A stretch of DNA of 46,971 bases from Minisyncoccota bacterium (GTDB taxonomy: Bacteria; Patescibacteriota; Minisyncoccia; Phycocordibacterales; UBA9973), in NCBI GenBank assembly GCA_031401615.1, contig JANNRS010000033.1, positions 1 to 46,971 of the forward strand, read 5' to 3'. A program made the position numbers and the translations under genes. Shown here in pieces: positions 27,170-35,605 of this stretch (its first letter is position 1; every line of letters begins with the position of its first letter). The notes beneath the pieces were generated by a model. It worked only from the letters and a program-made list of their open reading frames with translations, was not told where the DNA came from and did no database searches.

Positions 27170-28858
27170 CTATTTTTTCCTGCCTCTTCGGCGGGTCGCC
27201 GAAGAGGCGACTTTTTTTTCTAAAGAGGCTTTTATAAATCCAGTAAAAAGCGGGTGTGGAGAAAGTGGTCTAGCTTGAAATTCTGGATGAAACTGACAAC
27301 TAATAAAAAACGGATGCAACTTCTTTGGTAATTCCATAATTTCCATAAGAGTCCCGTCTGGAGAGACACCTGAAAAGACAACTCCAGCATCTTCTAGTCG
27401 CTCAATAAAAAGTGGATTGACTTCAAACCGATGTCTGTGGCGTTCTAATATTTTATTTGTTTTATACAGAGACTGCACGATAGAGCCTTTTTTCAGATAA
27501 CACTCGTAAGACCCTAGTCTCATACTGCCACCGTATTCTTCTTTCTTCATCTTCTCCTTCTGTGCATCCATCATATCAATAACACACTCTTTGCTCCTAG
27601 GGTTTATTTCTCTAGAAGTTGCACCCTTCAGCCCTGCCAAATGCCTTGCTGTTTCTATAACTGCCAACTGCATACCGTAACAAAGTCCAAGGTATGGAAT
27701 ATTATTTTTACGTACATATTCTATGGCTTTGATCTTGCCTTCTATCCCCCGAGATCCAAATCCTCCCGGAACCAAAACTCCGTGATATTTTTTTAATTTA
27801 GAAACACTCTTAGGGTTTTTCTCAAATTCCAAAGCATTAACCCAGTCAATTAAGGGTTTTTTACCAAGAGCATAAGCTGAATATTTAACTGCTTCAATAA
27901 CCGAAAGATACGAATCGGTGAGGGTAAAGTCCCCTGTATCAAAATATTTACCGACGATGGCAATACGAACTTCGTCTTTAGCATGGTGCACGGTGTGTAC
28001 CATTTTTTTCCAAGCCAAAGTTGTTTTAGGTTTTTTGGATGGGAACTTTAGGTTAAGCAATTTTGCAATTAGTTTTGACAATCCCTCTTTCTCAAAATTA
28101 ATAGGAATATCATAAATACTCTTTACGTCAGGCGCAGAGATCACTTGCCCTTTTGGAACATTACAGAAAAATGACAATTTTTCTTTGCGTTTCTCGTCGA
28201 GTTGTTCCTTGGAACGAGCCATAATAATATCTGGTTGGATACCAGAAGCATTTAACGTGCGCACCGAGTGTTGAGTTGGTTTTGTTTTCATTTCACCAAT
28301 ACTAGATGGTGTCGGCAAATATGAAACCATAACAAACATCACCCTCTCTGGATCACGGAGTTTAAGTATACGAGCAGCTTCCAGGAATAAAATATTTTCA
28401 TATTCTCCTACTGTGCCACCGACCTCTATAACTGTAACCTCTGCGTTGGCTTTCTTCTGGGCTCTTTCAATACGTCCAACAATCTCAAGAGGAATATGGG
28501 GGACTACTTGAACACAAGCTCCTTTATATTTAAGCGCTCGTTCATTTTCTATAACACTCAGATAAACGCGCCCAGTAGTCATATAGTTGATACGAGTTAG
28601 GTCTATATTTAAAAAACGCTCATAGTTACCCATATCCTGATCACACTCATCTCCGTCTTTGGTCACAAAGACTTCACCATGTTCAGTAGGATTCATTGTT
28701 CCAGCATCAATGTTGACATATGGGTCTATCTTTATAGCTGTGACGGTCGTTCCTTGGTCCTGAAGAATCTTGGCAATAGAGGAGGCTGTTATTCCTTTTC
28801 CGACTCCGGAAATGACACCACCAACAACGAAGATGTACTTAGGAATAATTTTTTTCAT
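27170..28858 (-). CDS. pyrG: CTP synthase
   Basis: N-terminal GGVISGVGKGI and a glutamine amidotransferase domain (GLCYGMQ, HRHRFEVN). It has an extra C-terminal basic tail. Confidence 0.95.
   Translation of the reverse strand: MKKIIPKYIFVVGGVISGVGKGITASSIAKILQDQGTTVTAIKIDPYVNIDAGTMNPTEHGEVFVTKDGDECDQDMGNYERFLNIDLTRINYMTTGRVYLSVIENERALKYKGACVQVVPHIPLEIVGRIERAQKKANAEVTVIEVGGTVGEYENILFLEAARILKLRDPERVMFVMVSYLPTPSSIGEMKTKPTQHSVRTLNASGIQPDIIMARSKEQLDEKRKEKLSFFCNVPKGQVISAPDVKSIYDIPINFEKEGLSKLIAKLLNLKFPSKKPKTTLAWKKMVHTVHHAKDEVRIAIVGKYFDTGDFTLTDSYLSVIEAVKYSAYALGKKPLIDWVNALEFEKNPKSVSKLKKYHGVLVPGGFGSRGIEGKIKAIEYVRKNNIPYLGLCYGMQLAVIETARHLAGLKGATSREINPRSKECVIDMMDAQKEKMKKEEYGGSMRLGSYECYLKKGSIVQSLYKTNKILERHRHRFEVNPLFIERLEDAGVVFSGVSPDGTLMEIMELPKKLHPFFISCQFHPEFQARPLSPHPLFTGFIKASLEKKVASSATRRRGRKK
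27182..27208. repeat. Perfect 12-bp GC-rich palindrome inside the last codons of pyrG
   Basis: GCCTCTTCGGCG-GGT-CGCCGAAGAGGC, followed on the plus strand by a T8 run. It encodes the ...SSATRRRGRKK tail. Confidence 0.7.
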
Positions 28859-28860
28859 AA

Positions 28861-29784
28861 TCAGACGTTTAAATATTTCCGAGCTGCAAAATAACTAGAG
28901 ACGGCACCAAGGAATATTCCGACCAAAAGCACTAGTACTGAAGTAGAGAAAAGATGTGAGACATAATATTGGTAAAGGTTCATATTCATAAGTGTTCCAA
29001 CTTGTCGGGTCACAAAATAAGTTACCGGTAAAAATAGCAACATAGTGATAATCCAAGCAAAAAGCCCATACAACATACCCTCGACAATAAACGGACCCCT
29101 AACATAAGAACTACTTGCACCAACTAGCCTCATGACCCCGATTTCTTCTCGAGACATATAAATAGTTAGACGAACTGTCGTATACATAATGATGATAGAA
29201 ATAAGCGACAAAATAAGAGTTATTGCTAATCCACCCTTTTTAACTCCGTCAATCAAAAAGTTCAACCTCTCTATAACTACCTTGTTTTGAGCAAAGTTTA
29301 TACGTTCAATGATTTGACTATTGTCTCTAGCAATCTGACTATCACCCTCTAAAAGAGTAGCGATAGATTCATACTGTGCCGAATCTTTGGCCTTGATACG
29401 AATAGACCCACCAAATGGATTGTCACCGAGCTCGTCGAGTGCTTGAAGAGTTAAATAGTCATCAGCATGACGATCACGAAAAGCCAAAACTTCTTCATCG
29501 GCAGATACATATTCGATATCTTGAACTTCTGGAATCTTCGTAAGGGTATCTTTGAGAGCCAAGATACGTTCTTCAGGGGCATCAACAGTAAAATAAACCG
29601 CGATGTCTACCTTGTCTTGGAGTGAGACAATCATCGATGAGATAGATGCATTGAAAAGAATAAGCGCGGTAATAAGTGATAGTGTAATAGTAGTCACTAG
29701 TACTGACGCAGAAGAAACTAGACCATTTCTTTTAAAATTAATCCATCCTGATTTTAAAACTCTTTTTAGGGTAATCCAAAACAT
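28861..29784 (-). CDS. ftsX: Cell division ABC transporter permease-like protein FtsX
   Basis: TM1, a large extracytoplasmic loop, then three C-terminal TM helices. It lies directly downstream of ftsE. Confidence 0.85.
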   Translation of the reverse strand: MFWITLKRVLKSGWINFKRNGLVSSASVLVTTITLSLITALILFNASISSMIVSLQDKVDIAVYFTVDAPEERILALKDTLTKIPEVQDIEYVSADEEVLAFRDRHADDYLTLQALDELGDNPFGGSIRIKAKDSAQYESIATLLEGDSQIARDNSQIIERINFAQNKVVIERLNFLIDGVKKGGLAITLILSLISIIIMYTTVRLTIYMSREEIGVMRLVGASSSYVRGPFIVEGMLYGLFAWIITMLLFLPVTYFVTRQVGTLMNMNLYQYYVSHLFSTSVLVLLVGIFLGAVSSYFAARKYLNV

Positions 29785-29802
29785 ATTTATATTATAACAG
29801 AA

Positions 29803-30480
29803 TTATATTTTGACTTTCGGCTTCTTATCGTCTCCAACAATTCTACCCCGCTCCATAGTCACTACCCGAGATGGGATAGCGTCCATAACTTGTCTATCGT
29901 GAGTTGTTAAAATAACAGTAGTTCCAAGATCATTAATCTTTTTTAAAATATGGATAACTTCCGCAGTGTTAGCACTATCGAGGTTACCAGTAGGCTCATC
30001 GGCAATCAGTATCTCAGGTTGATTGATAATGGCACGAGCAATAGCTAGGCGCTGTTTTTCTCCACCTGAGAGTTGCCCTGGGAAGTGGTACATTCGCTCT
30101 TGAAGATCAACCAACTGGAGCACGTGTGGGACATCACTAATGATTTCTTCATCGCTCTTACCGGCCGCTTCCATAGCAAAAGCAATGTTTTCATAAGCTG
30201 TTTTATTTGGCAGTAAGCGAAATTCTTGAAACACAGTTCCAATGCGGCGACGTAGCGCAGTGAGCTCAGCTCTAGAATAAGTTTGCAAATCAACATTATC
30301 AAAAAGCACTGTACCTTCAGTTGGCTCTTCCTCAGCTGAAATAAACTTTGTCAGGGTAGTCTTACCGGCCCCCGATGGACCAACAAGTGTGACAAATTCA
30401 CCTTTTTCTATTTCCAGATTGGAGTGTTCGATACCAACGGCACCATTGGGAAAGACTTTTGAGACATTTACAAATCGAAT
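29803..30480 (-). CDS. ftsE: Cell division ATP-binding protein FtsE
   Basis: Walker A GPSGAGKTT, signature LSGGEKQR, Walker B ILIADEPTG. Start set at MIRFVNVSK; the ORF extends to 30495. Confidence 0.9.
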   Translation of the reverse strand: MRFVNVSKVFPNGAVGIEHSNLEIEKGEFVTLVGPSGAGKTTLTKFISAEEEPTEGTVLFDNVDLQTYSRAELTALRRRIGTVFQEFRLLPNKTAYENIAFAMEAAGKSDEEIISDVPHVLQLVDLQERMYHFPGQLSGGEKQRLAIARAIINQPEILIADEPTGNLDSANTAEVIHILKKINDLGTTVILTTHDRQVMDAIPSRVVTMERGRIVGDDKKPKVKI

Positions 30481-30494
30481 CATTACGGGAATCA

Positions 30495-31376
30495 TTATAC
30501 CATGCTCTCTGGTATGAGGAACGGTTCGATGTTTCCTCTTTCGAGGACACTATCTACATCCCCAACCTCCACCCCGCTCCTGTGATCTTTGACCATCTTA
30601 TAAGGATGCAAAACATAAGATCGGATTTGATTGCCCCAAGTGATTTCCATTGTTTTTGAAATATACATTCCTTTCTCTTTTGCAATGCGTTCTTCTTCAA
30701 GTCGAGTAAAAAGTTTAGCCTTGAGCATAGATAGAGCCAATTCACGATTTTGTTCTTGAGAACGTTCGCTAGTAACATGAATTGATAAACCTGTAGGAAC
30801 ATGAACCATACGTACAGCTGTTTCTCTTTTGTTTACATTTTGTCCACCTGGACCACCACTTTTGGCAAAAGAAACTTCTATATCATTTTCAGGGATATCA
30901 ATAGTTGTATCTGATTTTTTAAATTCAGGAATAACTTCTACCATAGCAAAAGATGTATGACGCTTGGCATTGGCATTAAATGGCGAGATGCGCACGAGGC
31001 GATGAACACCTGATTCATTTTTGAGAGTTCCATAAACATTTTTTCCCTCAATGATAAATGTTACATTTCGATAACCGCCATTATCGTTTTTATTTTCATG
31101 TAAAAAAGAAACCCCCCAACCTCTATTTTCTATAAATTTCATATACATATGTAAAAGCATCGCCGCAAAGTCTTCAGCATCATCTCCTCCAGCTCCAGCA
31201 AACAATGTCATGACAGCATTGCCTTTATCGTATTTACCTACCCCCTCTAGTTGGTCTTTGAGGTCTTGGAGCTCTCGAATGGTCGCCTGAGCCTTAACCT
31301 TGTCAGACCAAAAATCCGCCTGCGCCATAGCGGTCTCAATATCTGTGATTTGCTTTTGAATACTCTCCTTTTCCAT
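30495..31376 (-). CDS. prfB: Peptide chain release factor 2 (short form, no frameshift)
   Basis: SPF tripeptide (RISPFNA) and GGQ motif ([11 protein letters not shown]). Start set at MEKESIQ. Confidence 0.9.
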   Translation of the reverse strand: MEKESIQKQITDIETAMAQADFWSDKVKAQATIRELQDLKDQLEGVGKYDKGNAVMTLFAGAGGDDAEDFAAMLLHMYMKFIENRGWGVSFLHENKNDNGGYRNVTFIIEGKNVYGTLKNESGVHRLVRISPFNANAKRHTSFAMVEVIPEFKKSDTTIDIPENDIEVSFAKSGGPGGQNVNKRETAVRMVHVPTGLSIHVTSERSQEQNRELALSMLKAKLFTRLEEERIAKEKGMYISKTMEITWGNQIRSYVLHPYKMVKDHRSGVEVGDVDSVLERGNIEPFLIPESMV

Positions 31377-31423
31377 ATTGACAAAATATACCAAAAAATG
31401 TAAATTTTTCAAAAGTATATAAA

Positions 31424-31636
31424 ATGGATAAACATTTAAAGAAATTTTTTAAAGTAAAAGATGAAGACGAAAGTAAGTGGGATACACTGATAGAAAAAAT
31501 TAATAAGGCGGAGAAAATTGAGGATAAAAAAGAAGGCGTACAGGAGTTTATAAATATAATGAAAAAAATGAAGCCTTTTGGGAAAATGCGAAGGTTCGCT
31601 ATCAAATCACTTAGAAAATACACGGAAAAGAAGTAA
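31424..31636 (+). CDS. Small Lys/Glu-rich hypothetical protein
   Basis: 70-aa ORF followed by a strong terminator. No family recognised. Confidence 0.4.
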   Translation: MDKHLKKFFKVKDEDESKWDTLIEKINKAEKIEDKKEGVQEFINIMKKMKPFGKMRRFAIKSLRKYTEKK

Positions 31637-31668
31637 GGTTCATATGCTCTATGAACCTTTTATTTTTT
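31635..31668 (+). terminator. Rho-independent terminator
   Basis: AAGGTTCAT-ATGCTCT-ATGAACCTT followed by TTATTTTTT. Confidence 0.6.
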
Positions 31669-31683
31669 AGACTTCTTCCTTGA

Positions 31684-31766
31684 GCTCGGAGGTACTTATA
31701 TTGTTTGCGCATTGAGGACTCTGCGCAGGCATCCGCAAAAAGAAAACATTATAAGTACCTCCGAGC
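31684..31766 (-). repeat. GC-rich long hairpin element E2 (homologous to 16083..16159)
   Basis: A perfect 17-bp outer stem GCTCGGAGGTACTTATA / TATAAGTACCTCCGAGC plus a 5-bp extension. The apex contains GAGGACT and TCCGCA, as in E1. It starts 2 nt after the methyltransferase stop codon. Confidence 0.65.
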
Positions 31767-31768
31767 GA

Positions 31769-32476
31769 TTACTTCTTCTCGTAATAACAAACAATACTCC
31801 GCCTCTTATTCGGCTTACCTCTTATGTTGTGTTGATGGGAAAGCTCTTTGTGTTGAAGGATAAACTGCTCACCAAATGCATCGTGTAGCGCTTCGTCAGT
31901 CCAGACATATTCATACACCTTCATCTTAGAGTGAATATATGAGTTGGCTTCTCCGCCATTTTGATTCTTAATTAATTCTTGCGCATGTTTGTCGCCCTTT
32001 CCATAAAAAGATTTGAAGAAAAGTAGACCTTGAGGCTTTAACACCCTGTGAAGCTCTTTGATATATCTTTCTCGTTCTATTTCTTTCAAGAAATGGCTGG
32101 CCATCATATCAAGCACTAAGTCTACTGATTGATCAGGAAGCGGGATGGTTGCACCGATAGAGTGAACTATAAAGGTAAGCTTGCTTCCCCACTTTTGTTT
32201 TTCGGCTCGAGCTTTTGCTTGATTGATAGCTTCTTCGGAAATATCATAACCGAAACCTCGCACGCGAAATTCGTCATTCATCCAGAGTAAATTGCGACCG
32301 TTGCCACAACCAGCATCAAGCACGGTGATGTCACTGCGGAGAACATCATCTCCATACTCTTTCTTGGCCCAGCGAGTAAACTTTTGTAAGTCAGCCGAAG
32401 ACTCATCCGAAAGCTGAAAAAACGCCGGTTCTTTATATTCCTTATTCCAAAATTCTTTTAGTCGTTTTTCATTCAT
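31769..32476 (-). CDS. Class I SAM-dependent methyltransferase
   Basis: Motif I VLDAGCGNGRN, with LVLDMMASHF as a post-I/II region. Confidence 0.8.
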   Translation of the reverse strand: MNEKRLKEFWNKEYKEPAFFQLSDESSADLQKFTRWAKKEYGDDVLRSDITVLDAGCGNGRNLLWMNDEFRVRGFGYDISEEAINQAKARAEKQKWGSKLTFIVHSIGATIPLPDQSVDLVLDMMASHFLKEIERERYIKELHRVLKPQGLLFFKSFYGKGDKHAQELIKNQNGGEANSYIHSKMKVYEYVWTDEALHDAFGEQFILQHKELSHQHNIRGKPNKRRSIVCYYEKK

Positions 32477-32525
32477 GAATTGACATTCTAACAGAAAAGT
32501 TGTAATGTAGCAAAAAACAAATAAT

Positions 32526-32759
32526 ATGAAAAAGGTATACTACACACTACTTCATAAGCAATTCGGTACTTATCTACACAACCCTAATTCAGTTCTTAAT
32601 ATTAAAGGAGTTATACCCCAATATGTAGCCCCTTTTTCTGGCCTACATGATTCGGAGCATATAAAAAATAAAAAAAATATTTTGAAATTAAAAAAATGGA
32701 TCGAACAACATGAACCTGTCGATGTTATAAAAGTAACACTGACTACAGAAAAGATTTAA
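32526..32759 (+). CDS. Hypothetical small protein
   Basis: 77-aa ORF ending at a bidirectional terminator. No family recognised. Confidence 0.35.
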   Translation: MKKVYYTLLHKQFGTYLHNPNSVLNIKGVIPQYVAPFSGLHDSEHIKNKKNILKLKKWIEQHEPVDVIKVTLTTEKI

Positions 32760-32767
32760 CTTTCACC

Positions 32768-32800
32768 AAAAAGCCGGAATAATTTATTCCGGCTTTTTTT
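32768..32800. terminator. Bidirectional rho-independent terminator
   Basis: AAAAAGCCGGAAT-AATTT-ATTCCGGCTTTTTTT, between convergent genes. Confidence 0.7.
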
Positions 32801-32802
32801 AT

Positions 32803-34608
32803 TTATTGATTCTTCGGACGTCGAGCTTTTGTTCGCTCTGTATCATTTAAATATTGCTTTCGGAGACGCACTGAGAGTGGTGTAACTTCGAGGAATTCAT
32901 CATCCACCATCACTTCAAGTCCGCGTTCGATAGTCATAGTCCACGCCGGTATGACAGTAACTGCTTCATCAGTACCAGAGGCACGCATGTTGGTAAGCTG
33001 TTTACCTTTGGTTGGGTTTACTTTCATTTCTTCTCCCTTTGAGGTGTTCCCAATAACCATACCTTCATATACCTCAGTCTGTGGGCTTATGTAGAGCACA
33101 CCACGATCCTGGAGTCCCCAGAGGGCAAATGCGAGAGCTTTACCGCTTTCCATAGAGATCATAGAACCAACGTTTCTTCGAGTGATTTCTCCAGCATAAG
33201 GACGGAATCCTAGAACACGAGAACTCATTATTCCTTCTCCTTTTGTATCAACCAAAAACTGGTTTCGATAACCAAGAAGTCCACGAGTAGGACCTGTGAA
33301 AACCATACGCACAGTATTATTTTTTAAATTCATATCACCCATGATAAATCCGCGCATACCGAGCTTTTCGATAATAACGCCTTGAAACTCTGCTGGAGCA
33401 TCAATCGTGACTTCTTCAAAAGGTTCACTCTTTACACCATCAATTTCTTTGATAATAACTTGTGGCTGAGAAACTTGGATTTCATATCCTTCTCGTCGCA
33501 TTGTTTCAAGAAGAACCGCGATGTGCATTTCTCCTCGGCCAAAGACTGTGAAGCCTTCAGCGATACGATTTGGATTTGGAGAGAAGTCTACTTTTAGTCC
33601 CACGTTGACTTCAAGCTCTTTTTCAAGTCGCTCTCGGATTTGTCGTGAAGTCACGAACTTTCCTTCCTTACCAGCAAACGGTGAGTTGTTAACCAAAAAG
33701 TCTAGAACGATAGTTGGCTCATCAATAGTAATAGCCGGAAGAAGCTCTGCATCTTTGACCACGGTAATAGTCTCTCCGATGAAAATATCTGGAATACCAG
33801 CAATCATAACAATATCTCCAGCCACTGCTTCCTGCACTTCATCACGCTTCATACCATGGAAAGTAAAAAGCTTAATGATCTTTGCTTGTCGATCAGCACG
33901 GTCTGTAGTCTTAACGAAAACAGTATCTCCTACTTTTGCTACTCCTTCATAAACTCGCCCAACAGCAAGTCGTCCGAGGAAGTTATCATACGCCAAGTTA
34001 AATGCCTGCATACGAAAAGGTTTAGTAATATCGTTTTGTGCAACTGGAACTTTTTCAAGGATAGTTTCAAATAGTGGAGCCAAATCTTTCTTTTCATCAG
34101 TTTCATTTTTCATTGCTACACCATCGCGACCGATAGCATATACAGTAGTAAAGTTAAGTTGTTCGTCGGTTGCCCCAAGCTCTAGGAAAAGTTCAAAAAC
34201 ACCGTCATGAGTATGGGCGCAGTTTGCTCCTGGCTTATCGATTTTATTTATAACCACAATTGGTTTGAGTCCTAACTCTAAAGACTTTTTTAAAACGAAA
34301 CGAGTTTGTGGCATTGGTCCTTCTTGGGCATCAACAATCAAAAGCACTGAGTCGATAGAGCGAAGTACACGCTCAACTTCAGATCCAAAGTCCGCGTGAC
34401 CTGGTGTATCAACAATGTTGATTTTAGTATCCTTATATATAACCGCTGTGTTTTTAGCGTAAATAGTGATACCGCGTTCTAGCTCAATAACATTTGAGTC
34501 CATAGAGGCACCATCAAGAATCTCACCGCAAAAAGCGAGCATTTTGTCAGTAAGGGTTGTCTTACCATGGTCCACATGGGCAATAATTGCGATATTTCTT
34601 ATTTCCAT
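32803..34608 (-). CDS. typA: Translational GTPase TypA/BipA
   Basis: [22 protein letters not shown]-motifs, and full-length 601 aa. Confidence 0.95.
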   Translation of the reverse strand: MEIRNIAIIAHVDHGKTTLTDKMLAFCGEILDGASMDSNVIELERGITIYAKNTAVIYKDTKINIVDTPGHADFGSEVERVLRSIDSVLLIVDAQEGPMPQTRFVLKKSLELGLKPIVVINKIDKPGANCAHTHDGVFELFLELGATDEQLNFTTVYAIGRDGVAMKNETDEKKDLAPLFETILEKVPVAQNDITKPFRMQAFNLAYDNFLGRLAVGRVYEGVAKVGDTVFVKTTDRADRQAKIIKLFTFHGMKRDEVQEAVAGDIVMIAGIPDIFIGETITVVKDAELLPAITIDEPTIVLDFLVNNSPFAGKEGKFVTSRQIRERLEKELEVNVGLKVDFSPNPNRIAEGFTVFGRGEMHIAVLLETMRREGYEIQVSQPQVIIKEIDGVKSEPFEEVTIDAPAEFQGVIIEKLGMRGFIMGDMNLKNNTVRMVFTGPTRGLLGYRNQFLVDTKGEGIMSSRVLGFRPYAGEITRRNVGSMISMESGKALAFALWGLQDRGVLYISPQTEVYEGMVIGNTSKGEEMKVNPTKGKQLTNMRASGTDEAVTVIPAWTMTIERGLEVMVDDEFLEVTPLSVRLRKQYLNDTERTKARRPKNQ

Positions 34609-34677
34609 ATTTTTATAAATAAATGCCCGCTTGTACGGGCGCTAGGATATTCACTATATCAGAAAATATTAAAAAAG

Positions 34678-35337
34678 CTAGGATTTGTTTATTCGCGCTT
34701 TCCTAATTAATTTTGTAAACAAGAAAGCAAAAGTAATACCTGTTACAACCATAGCACCATAATAAATCATGACGTCTCGAAAATTATCAAAGTCTAAGTG
34801 CCTAAAGACAAAGTATATTAAAGTATAAGGAATAAGTGTTAAAACCAATGTATAACTAAAATATTTTTTGAAAGATATTTTAGTTAATCCTAAAGCGTAA
34901 CTAAGAAAATCAAAAAAATAATAACCAAGCGTTCTACCAATAATAAGGAGTGGCCTTTCGTGACTCATGGTTGCCTCATCAATTTTAGCCATATTTTCTT
35001 GTCCAACTAGTTTAACTACCAAACTACGACCCCACCTTCGTGCAATATAAAAACATATGGGAGCACTTATCATACTAGAGAGATAAAAAAGTGCTAGCAT
35101 TGATTCATACCCATAGAGTCTTACACCGAGAAAGAAGAAGGCTGATCCCGAAAGAGGAGCGAATACTTGGGTACAAACTAATACCAACCCAATAAATACA
35201 GGACCTGCCCAGCCAAGGCGGAGAGCTATGTTTTCTAATATTTGTTTATCAATAGAATAGAGAAAATAAATAAAAGTGATAAGAATTAATACCCAAAATA
35301 TACTTTTTGTAATTTTCTTATAATTGTATTTACTCAT
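34678..35337 (-). CDS. TVP38/TMEM64 (DedA/SNARE-associated) family membrane protein
   Basis: Multi-TM protein with ...FAPLSGSAFFFLGVRLYG... and IARRWGRSLV motifs. Start moved to MSKYNYKK because the longer ORF overlaps tRNA-Thr. Confidence 0.7.
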   Translation of the reverse strand: MSKYNYKKITKSIFWVLILITFIYFLYSIDKQILENIALRLGWAGPVFIGLVLVCTQVFAPLSGSAFFFLGVRLYGYESMLALFYLSSMISAPICFYIARRWGRSLVVKLVGQENMAKIDEATMSHERPLLIIGRTLGYYFFDFLSYALGLTKISFKKYFSYTLVLTLIPYTLIYFVFRHLDFDNFRDVMIYYGAMVVTGITFAFLFTKLIRKARINKS

Positions 35338-35342
35338 TTTTG

Positions 35343-35414
35343 AGCCGTTTGTGGGAATCGGACCCACGGTCTCTGTCTTACCAAGACAGTGCTTTACCAC
35401 TAAGCTAAAACGGC
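35343..35414 (-). tRNA. tRNA-Thr (anticodon GGU)
   Basis: Manual cloverleaf: GCCGTTT/AAACGGC acceptor, CTGTC-TTGGTAA-GACAG anticodon arm, GTGGG-TCCGATT-CCCAC T-arm. The T-loop has C at position 55. Confidence 0.8.
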
Positions 35415-35466
35415 TTTGCTATTAAATAGTATCCATAAAGATACCATAAAATAACATTTTTTCAAT

Positions 35467-35600
35467 GTAATAGAATGCTCGAACGCAGGTAGAGTTTTTG
35501 AAAGACATTGCACAAGCTGACTGAGCTGAGCATAGCAAAAATTCATCAGAATTTTACGCGTGTCTTTCAAAAACTGATACCAAGAAAGAGTTTCTATTAC
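35467..35600. repeat. Long nested inverted repeat between the helicase gene and tRNA-Thr
   Basis: A perfect 15-bp inner stem AGTTTTTGAAAGACA (35493..35507) / TGTCTTTCAAAAACT (35561..35575), plus an outer 9-bp pair GTAATAGAA / TTCTATTAC. Confidence 0.6.
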
Positions 35601-35605
35601 TAACT

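Noticed and set aside
35338-35400. N-terminal 21 codons of ORF 34678..35400 (MVKHCLGKTETVGPIPTNGSK).
   Set aside because: This stretch is the antisense-free reading of tRNA-Thr itself. The start was moved to MSKYNYKK at 35337.
35543-35549. Hammerhead-like CUGAUGA core on the minus strand, with a nearby GAAA.
   Set aside because: The flanks cannot form stems I or II in any of the three hammerhead permutations.
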